From the NCBI GenBank assembly GCA_964361325.1, contig CAYHZT010000002.1, positions 1-40,707 on the forward strand: DNA of 40,707 nucleotides, in the 5' to 3' direction. The position numbers and the translations under genes were made by a program. This document shows positions 15,572 to 22,800 of the stretch, piece by piece (position 1 is the stretch's first letter; every line of letters begins with the position of its first letter). This stretch comes from an uncultured Candidatus Saccharibacteria bacterium (GTDB taxonomy: Bacteria; Patescibacteriota; Minisyncoccia; UBA6257; WO2-44-18). The notes beneath the pieces were generated by a model. The model had not been told where the DNA came from and searched no databases. It worked only from the letters and a program-made list of their open reading frames with translations.

Positions 15572-17865
15572 TATTTTTGAATCGCATCTTGATTAATTAA
15601 GCTTACCAAGTTATCAACGGTTCGGTCTATTGAGAACTGTTGGGATTTTTCTTGAGCGTTTTTCACGATCATTTTCCGAAATTCATCATTCTCCGAAATT
15701 TTTTTGATTGCCGCCAAAATTTGTTGCCGATTATTCGGCTCAACTAAAATTCCCTCTTTACCGTCCTCAATAATTTCCGCCAAATTGCCAATATTGGTCG
15801 TGATTACCGGAACGCCGGCATTCATCGCTTCTACAACCTGGAAAGAAAAACTCTCAAAAGCTGTGTTTAGCACAAAGATTGATGATTTTTCTAAATATTC
15901 CAACAATTGCTCTCTAGGCAAAGAGCCAATCAATAAAACTCGTTCCCCTAATTCATAATTCTTAATTCGTAATTCAAGGCTCTCGCGCTCCGGCCCGTCG
16001 CCGACAATAATCAGCTTCCAATCCGGCAGATCTTTCATAACGTCAATCAAAACATCAAAACCCTTCCACGGAACCAATCTGCCAGCCGAAAGAATTGTTT
16101 TCGGCTGGAATTTCCAATTTCCAATTTCCAATTTCCAATTCTCTAGTGGAATACCGTTGTAGATAGCCTTAACTTTCTCCGGATTTTTAATCCAGCCGCC
16201 AACTAATTTCTGGAAGTATTTACTGGGAGTAATCACCAAATCGGCTTTTCCAACAACAAATCTTTGAATTTTCCGCAGTAATTCTATTCGCCAGCCGTAT
16301 TTCTTTTTCTGAAAATCATCAATCGTGTCCTTTACGCCGAATCTTTGAACGGATTGCTCCCAAGCATAATCACCAGCCACGCGAATAAAAAATTTCTTAC
16401 GACGCAGACGGGCCGCGATAAGCACGGGCAGGCCGACGCTTACCGGGTCTTGAGCGTACATAAAATCACAATCTTTAGTCATCCGCCAGCACTTCCACAA
16501 ATAAGACAGGTGGCGAATGATTTTTGGCTTGGTTCTAAATTTAGTGAACGGCAAAACGCTAACCATAAAGCCGCGTTTCGGCAGTTCTTGCTCCATCAAA
16601 ACGGTGTAGGTTGCCGGCCCGCCGATATCCGGAGGATATATACCGGTTGCGATCAAAATTTTCCCATGCCTACCGGCAGGCAGGAATTTTAAATTTTCAA
16701 TTTTCAATTTTTGGAAAATAGCGTCTATTTTTTTGGAAATATTGTCCCAGGAATAATTTTCTCTAACTAATTTTTGACCGTTTTGAGCTATTCGCAATCG
16801 TAATTTTTCGTCATTCGCTAAAACGCTGATTTTTTCCACTAAATCTTGCGGGTCATCAACTTTCGTGAAAAGACCCGTTTCGCCGTCTTTCAAAAAATCG
16901 GGAATACCCCCAACGGAAGTGCCGATTACAGGCAAGCCGGCCGCCATTGCTTCTAAAAATGAATTGCCCAATCCTTCGGAACGCGATGGGCGAACGAAAA
17001 TATCCGCTTGAGCAAGGTACGCGGGAATTTTTTCCGGCTCAATATGACCCAGAAATTCAATTTCATTTTCAACTCCCAAATCTTTAGCCAGTTTTTTCAA
17101 ATTTGCTTCCTCGGGACCGCTGCCAAGAATTTGAATTATGAATTGTGAATTGTGAATTAAGGGTTTTAATAGAGCAACGGCCTGAATCAGAGTATCTATT
17201 CCGTTTTTATGCACTAAACGAGAGGTGGTGATTATAACTTTTTCGTTTTTTGATTCATTCTTAATTCTTAATTCTTTATTCTTAATTCTCGTCAAGTCAA
17301 CGCCATTCGGCACCACTTCAATCGGACAGTTCGCTCCATGCCTCCGTGCGAACTCCGCCAAATAATTACTGATGGCCTGAATATGGTCCGCTTTTTTGAA
17401 AATCAAACGCCAGAGCGGATAAAAAATTCCGACCCGCTTTAAAATATGGCCCTCGGAATCGCCTTCTTGCAGGGTTAAAAGAAACGGCACGGACGGATGC
17501 CGTAATTTGAATAGCAGAGCAGCGATGCCGCTGTAGGCGGCCATAACCGCCCAAATCACCTCAAGAGGTTTTTCTTTATGCAACTTTTCCGCTTTCCACC
17601 AAACTCTGAAAACATAAAAAAATTTTTCCAAGAAACGTCCGTAATAATTTTTGGAACTGCTTCCTCGGCCGACCCGGAATATTTCGCAATTTCCCAATCG
17701 TTCATGGGATGGCCAAGATCGGTCAAACCGATTAGTTAAAATAAAAAAATCTTGCCCGGGAATCCGATCGCTTATTTCTTTAACCGCCACTTCCGCTCCC
17801 CCGATAAAAGGGGAGTAGGCAAGACTAAAAATAGCTATTCTTTGAATATCTTTAACGGGACTCAT
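15571..17865 (-). CDS. tandem GT4-GT4 two-module glycosyltransferase
   Basis: 764 aa. Module 1 ends ...NYSWDNISKKIDAIFQKL and has SEGLGNSFLEAMAAGLPVIGTSVGGIPD. Module 2 starts KILIATGIYPPDIGGPATY and has FESFSFQVVEAMNAGVPVITTNIGNLAE. The linker is repeat-derived (see 16667-16714). Confidence 0.85.
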   Translation of the reverse strand: MSPVKDIQRIAIFSLAYSPFIGGAEVAVKEISDRIPGQDFFILTNRFDRSWPSHERLGNCEIFRVGRGSSSKNYYGRFLEKFFYVFRVWWKAEKLHKEKPLEVIWAVMAAYSGIAALLFKLRHPSVPFLLTLQEGDSEGHILKRVGIFYPLWRLIFKKADHIQAISNYLAEFARRHGANCPIEVVPNGVDLTRIKNKELRIKNESKNEKVIITTSRLVHKNGIDTLIQAVALLKPLIHNSQFIIQILGSGPEEANLKKLAKDLGVENEIEFLGHIEPEKIPAYLAQADIFVRPSRSEGLGNSFLEAMAAGLPVIGTSVGGIPDFLKDGETGLFTKVDDPQDLVEKISVLANDEKLRLRIAQNGQKLVRENYSWDNISKKIDAIFQKLKIENLKFLPAGRHGKILIATGIYPPDIGGPATYTVLMEQELPKRGFMVSVLPFTKFRTKPKIIRHLSYLWKCWRMTKDCDFMYAQDPVSVGLPVLIAARLRRKKFFIRVAGDYAWEQSVQRFGVKDTIDDFQKKKYGWRIELLRKIQRFVVGKADLVITPSKYFQKLVGGWIKNPEKVKAIYNGIPLENWKLEIGNWKFQPKTILSAGRLVPWKGFDVLIDVMKDLPDWKLIIVGDGPERESLELRIKNYELGERVLLIGSLPREQLLEYLEKSSIFVLNTAFESFSFQVVEAMNAGVPVITTNIGNLAEIIEDGKEGILVEPNNRQQILAAIKKISENDEFRKMIVKNAQEKSQQFSIDRTVDNLVSLINQDAIQK
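15949..15976. repeat. heptamer tract (TAATTCN)x4
   Basis: TAATTCA TAATTCT TAATTCG TAATTCA. Encodes LELRIKNYELG. Confidence 0.9.
16082..16138. repeat. 10-bp-stem hairpin (CCAGCCGAAA / TTTCGGCTGG) immediately followed by perfect (TTTCCAA)x4
   Basis: Inverted repeat at 16082-16091 / 16099-16108. Four exact heptamers at 16111-16138. Encodes NWKLEIGNWKFQPKTILSAG. Confidence 0.9.
16667..16714. repeat. imperfect 16-bp GC palindrome (TGCCTACCGGCAGGCA) plus heptamer tract TTTTAAA TTTTCAA TTTTCAA TTTTTGG forming the inter-module linker
   Basis: Read directly. Encodes KLKIENLKFLPAGRHG, exactly between the two GT4 modules. Confidence 0.85.
17133..17160. repeat. heptamer tract GAATTAT GAATTGT GAATTGT GAATTAA (reverse orientation of the TTAATTC family)
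   Basis: Read directly. Encodes IHNSQFIIQ. Confidence 0.85.
17261..17288. repeat. heptamer tract TTAATTC TTAATTC TTTATTC TTAATTC
   Basis: Read directly. Encodes RIKNKELRIKN. Confidence 0.9.
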
Positions 17866-18946
17866 AAATCTTTTCCGTTTCTTGGACCATTCTTGAAAGC
17901 GTAAGTTTTTCGTTCAAGAATTGCTTCGCGACCACGGCAAACTTTTTTGCTTCTTCGGGATTCTCTAAATAATATTTGATAGCCCGGGCAATTTCTTCCG
18001 GCTCGCGAGGCGGCATTACCAATCCGCGATTTTGGACGATTTCGGTCATCCCCCCGATTCGGGTTACGACAAGCGGCACCTCGGCGGCCATAGCCTCCAG
18101 CATCGTGTAGGGAAGCCCTTCTTTAATGGAGGTCAAAAGAAAAATATCAAACGCCTTAAGATACGGCGCAGCCGGAGCCAGTTGTTCCACGATTAAGCAG
18201 CGGTTCTCCAAACTAAGTTTTTTAATTTTGGCTTTCAGTTTTGGCAGTTCGTAACCGGAACCGATAACAATAAAAAGCGCGTTGGGAAGCAACGCCGCCG
18301 CCTCCAAAAGAGTTTCGTAATCTTTTTCCGCTACAAGGCGACCGATAGAGCCGATCCAAGTTTTTTTATCGTCAATTTGCGCACAAGTTAATTTTCCCAA
18401 AATGCGGCGAGCCTCCATTTTCCCCATAAAATTAATAGGCGCGATGCCGTTATATATAGTTACTAATTTCTCTCTGGGGGCGATATTATACCGCACCGCC
18501 AATTGAAAATCATAATCGGAAACTGAAATTATAGAGTCTTGAAAACGAGCCGCTATCTTGTGAAGCAAAATATAAAAACGCTTCCGCAGCCAACTTAATT
18601 TATTGTCGGGATTAAAAACCCAGCCATGCGCGGTAAAAATCACTCGGGGCACTCCGGCAAGTTTTGCCGCGATTGAGCCGATGACTCCGGCCTTGGAACT
18701 ATTCAAATGCACAATGTCCGGCTTTTCGCGGCGAAAAATCAAAACAAACTCTATAAGAGCCAGAATATCGTTAATAAATAAAAAATGCGGGTGGATTGAA
18801 TTAGAGAGAAACCGGACGCCTTTTTCACCGCCAGTCAGTATACCGGCCTGAAATTTCAATGGGTCTAAACCTTCCGCCAATTCACGCACGTACTTTTGAG
18901 CGCCGCCAATGTCGTCTTTAGTAATTACAAAAAGAATCTTTTGCAT
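17852..18946 (-). CDS. GT4-family glycosyltransferase (first gene of the block)
   Basis: 364 aa. Motifs KEGLPYTMLEAMAAEVPLVVTRIGGMTE and N-terminal KILFVITKDDIGGAQ. 14-nt overlap with the next gene. Confidence 0.8.
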   Translation of the reverse strand: MQKILFVITKDDIGGAQKYVRELAEGLDPLKFQAGILTGGEKGVRFLSNSIHPHFLFINDILALIEFVLIFRREKPDIVHLNSSKAGVIGSIAAKLAGVPRVIFTAHGWVFNPDNKLSWLRKRFYILLHKIAARFQDSIISVSDYDFQLAVRYNIAPREKLVTIYNGIAPINFMGKMEARRILGKLTCAQIDDKKTWIGSIGRLVAEKDYETLLEAAALLPNALFIVIGSGYELPKLKAKIKKLSLENRCLIVEQLAPAAPYLKAFDIFLLTSIKEGLPYTMLEAMAAEVPLVVTRIGGMTEIVQNRGLVMPPREPEEIARAIKYYLENPEEAKKFAVVAKQFLNEKLTLSRMVQETEKIYESR

Positions 18947-18960
18947 GTTTCATGGTTCGA

Positions 18961-19035
18961 TGCGACTCACCATAAATAGTTCGGTGTGACTCGCTATAAA
19001 TAGTTCGGTGAGCTCACTATAGTATAGAACTCGGC
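18961..19035. repeat. 24-bp tandem direct repeat, two good copies plus one degenerate copy, just upstream of the glycan operon
   Basis: GCGACTCACCATAAATAGTTCGGT (18961-18984) and GTGACTCGCTATAAATAGTTCGGT (18985-19008) match at 21/24. They are followed by the related GAGCTCACTATAGTATAGAACTCGGCT. Confidence 0.85.
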
Positions 19036-19051
19036 TATGCAAAATATAGTT

Positions 19052-19771
19052 TTAATTTGCGCTTAGCGCTTTAATTTCTTCACGAAAAGCCTGTTTTTGA
19101 TCCGCATTGATGTCCGGAATGCTTATTAGCTGGGAAAAGTATTTTATCGCGTTTTCCTTGTCGGCGGTTTGACGCGACTCGCCATAAACAGACTTATAAT
19201 AATACGCCAGCTGAATAATAAGATTAGGATTATTGGGAATTTCTTTCAATCCTTGCAACAAAACGTCGTCAGTAAGGTCGGATTTAGCCGTGTAAAAATC
19301 CCGATAAAACTCCGCCAAACCGAGATAGATATATTCATCGCTCGGTCCATAATCGAGCGCCTTCAAATAATATTCTTCGGCCTTGGGATAATCGCGCAAA
19401 TAAGAACCGTAAAGATTGGCAAGATTGTAATATACCAACGGCTCTTCCGGATTTATAGTTTTTGCGTACTCGTAAACGGCAACCGCACCATTGTAGTTAT
19501 TAAAAAATTTCTTTAATTGCCCAATCTCCATCCAGAAATTCCAATTTTTCGGATCTGTTTTGAGCTGAACGGCCAGTTCGTGAAGCCGATTTTTGTTTTT
19601 CTCAATTGCTTCTGGCGGGAAATTTTTGATAGCGGGATCATTGCCGATTTCTTCTATCGGCTCGCCGCGGTAGTCGCCTATCTGCACTTCTTTTGTTTTT
19701 AAGGAAAACCAAACTACGACGCCGATTATTAATAATGCCAAGGGGATAATAAAAATTAGGGGTTTTTTCAT
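19052..19771 (-). CDS. membrane-anchored TPR-repeat protein
   Basis: 239 aa. N-terminal hydrophobic helix (LIFIIPLALLIIGVVVWF) followed by TPR-like repeats (AVAVYEYAKTINPEEPLVYYNLANLY..YPKAEEYYLKALDYGP). Confidence 0.75.
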   Translation of the reverse strand: MKKPLIFIIPLALLIIGVVVWFSLKTKEVQIGDYRGEPIEEIGNDPAIKNFPPEAIEKNKNRLHELAVQLKTDPKNWNFWMEIGQLKKFFNNYNGAVAVYEYAKTINPEEPLVYYNLANLYGSYLRDYPKAEEYYLKALDYGPSDEYIYLGLAEFYRDFYTAKSDLTDDVLLQGLKEIPNNPNLIIQLAYYYKSVYGESRQTADKENAIKYFSQLISIPDINADQKQAFREEIKALSAN

Positions 19772-19808
19772 CCCGTTTATAATACAGCGAATTTTTCATA
19801 AAAACAAT

Positions 19809-19833
19809 CCGCCCCGACATAGAGTCGGGGCGG
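19809..19833 (-). terminator. strong GC hairpin downstream of the S-layer-like gene
   Basis: CCGCCCCGAC-ATAGA-GTCGGGGCGG, a 10-bp perfect stem. On the minus strand it is followed by ATTGTTTTTATG. It lies 38 nt after the stop at 19871. Confidence 0.6.
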
Positions 19834-19870
19834 AAAGTTTCTACTGTAATAAAGTCCTCAAGAAACTTTA

Positions 19871-22800
19871 TTATAGCGTCAGAGTTTCGGTGTCGCCAAC
19901 ATCAGAGTTGGACAATCCCGGAATCATGAAACCGTTCATCCAGTCGTAGTCAGCCACATCCTGCGTGGTGTTTGTGGAATTACCGGACCAAATGAATTGA
20001 TCGTCATCCCACGCATCCACGTTGGAAGCGGTTGTGGCAAAGACGTAGCGACCGGTATTCCAGTTATCACCTTGACTAGTGTAATCCAGAGGATCGCCAT
20101 CAACGTCATCGCTAGCGATGTCATTCAGACCCGCCAAAGTAGCATCACCGTTCATCTTCACCGCGATAGAAGGCGTAGAAGAAGCGCCGGTAACATCACC
20201 TTTCAGAACGAAGTAGCGAGTTTCACCAGCGGGAACCCTAATGGCTTCCTGTGTTGAACCCTGCGCACTGTCGGTCGGGTTGAAGAAGACGTCAAAGTCC
20301 ATATCCGGATCGGCTTGGTTGACTATATCAGCATTATCGGTTGACGTTGCCGTCGGAGCAATATCCCCCGCGTTGCCAGTCATAATACCAAACCCACCCG
20401 CGTTCAAAAGACCTGAATTGTCCCAAGAACCACAAGAAGGCTGACTAAAGCTAGAATCGGAGTAGCAATAGAGCTTGAGGTTGGTAACCATGAAGTCGTT
20501 GTTAAACGTCGGATCTACGACACCGCCATCTACAGAGTCAGGCAATTCAACAACGCTGGAAGTGTTCGTGGCAATATTGAAGCCAAACTTATACAAGCCT
20601 ACGCCGTTAGTGCCTGCTGGGGCGCTAACTTTAAACTTGTACAAAGCATTGCCTGTCGTATTGCTGAACTTCTGGCTGGCCAAAGCTAGTTTGGTAACAG
20701 TCGGAACTGCTCTAGCGATGCGAGCGCCATTGGTCGCGGAATCAGATCCGCCCGAACCAACCGCCACACCGGATGACATACCAACGCCTACAGCGCCTCT
20801 CTGGCAGCTTGTGTTAACGCCGCCGGCGCAGTTACTGGAACTGCTGGCATCGTAGTTAACCAAGACCAAGTGGCCTGGGCGCGCTGGGCCGCTGATATAA
20901 ATACCAGCGATATCAGCCTTAACAGTCAATAATTTCTGACTGTTTTTCGCCACAATAACGGCGCTAGAAAGATTCAGAGTAGCGGTAGCGTAATCAGTCG
21001 ATGAGAACACCGCTTCACCTACTTTCGTAGAACCATCCCAAACAGTGACCTTAGAAACATCGGATGGGCTGTTTGAAGCCATCGTGGCTGACGAAAGTGT
21101 CGAGGTAGCCATTTGGAGACCGATTTTGTCAATGCGAATGTCTTCGTTTGTAGCATTGAACCTGAATACGGCCAATGTATTGTCGGCAGATCCCGCTTGC
21201 GCCCATTTTAGAGACGGGCTTGAAGGATCAGTAGCATAGGCAAGTGTGCCGCTGCTAACAACCGCAATACTTCGTCCAGCATCCGTTCCGGAAATAGAAT
21301 CAGAGCCGTCAACAGTCTGGCCGGATGTTACGCCCGTTGCGTTGAGCGAAGCGTCCACATCGGTTACGCCAAATTGCCAAGTGCCGCTTCCGTTAGCGCC
21401 GGAAACGATATTGCACTTCATATCCAACTGCATAATCGTTCCTTTAGCGATTATTAAGCTGGAATCTAAGCTGAATGTCTTTTCAACTCCTCCAGCCGCA
21501 TCGCTATTGGAAGGATTAACAATGTTGCTGCCGGTGTTTAGAACGGTAGCGCCTTTGTACAATTGGCAATTAGTCAGGTCATCAGCCGTATTAGATGAAC
21601 TGGCTGTCAGTACTAATTTAAGGCTGTTAACCCTAATGTCTTCGCCAGAGCCGCTGGCATCCAACACGTAGGTTGTAAACCAATAATTACTGACGCCCGC
21701 GACAACCGTTTGACCGGTCGTGCTGGCATTGTTTTGGGTTTCAGGAGTCAAGCTGACAGTCAAAGCAGCTGCTTTGGCAGTCATTGTGCTCATTGTTACC
21801 GCGCTGGCAGGGCTCGGAGTAATAGTTACTCCAGAGGTTACACCGCGAACAGTGGCCCAATCGGTACTCGGAGTAGTGGAAGCAGTGATCGTGTGATTGC
21901 TTAATACGTCCGTTCCAATTTTACCTTTCAGGGTGTAAATCGTTCTGCCTGGTTTGAAGGTTACTGTGTCGGTGAACCGGACGACATTAGCGGTAGCGGC
22001 AACGCCGTCAACCGGACCAGCCACTACTACGCCGTCTTCACGGACCAAAGTAATGTTGGTGATGTCGTCTGTGTCAACTGAAGCGCCGGCAGTTTTAACG
22101 ATGCTCATATCAAAGTTCATAGAAGCAACAGTGATATCTTCACCCTTAACATCAACTAACAAACCGCCTAACGGCTGGTTGGAAAGGTTAACGGCGATGT
22201 TTTGAGCACCAACGGACGGAGCGTTTTGAGCAGTGATCGTGCCGGCATTGATAAAGACCTGAGTGGCATCATAACGAGGTTCCGCGTCTTGGAACTCACT
22301 GTCATCATCGTTGTCGGCAGTAAGTTCAGTCGCGGACGGCAATAAGTCATAGCCATAAGTCAGACCCTTAACCTGTAAATCGGCATAGCGATATAGATCA
22401 AAGTCAACTGTGCGTGCTGAACCGCCAGTAATGTCACCCTTAATGTACAACTCTTTGTTTAAACCCTTGTCGATCTGAAGGCCAGCGCCAAAATTGGCGG
22501 TGAAATATTTACCATCAGAGCTGACAGTGGTGTCATAAGTTGTGCCATCCAAGATAACTTTAACGTTAGCAAGGTCAGTAACGCTAGCTGAACCGGATTG
22601 GTTGAACTGAACGGACTTCACTAAAACATTTTCGTTAGTACCCGCGGTCAGTCTCAAGCCGCTGAAGATATAACCTGTGGTGCCAATTTCTTGTGTTAAA
22701 CCGGAACCTGGGTCATATGATCCTTTAGCAAGAGTCAATGAACCGATAGCCAACGTGCTGTTTACGGTGTGAGTCGCGCCAACCAAAGGATAAGCGGCAT

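Noticed and set aside
12815-19035. Heptamer tracts and 24-bp direct repeats as a CRISPR array
   Set aside because: The units are 7 nt, or 24 nt with no unique spacers between copies. The tracts are inside coding regions and no cas genes are present.
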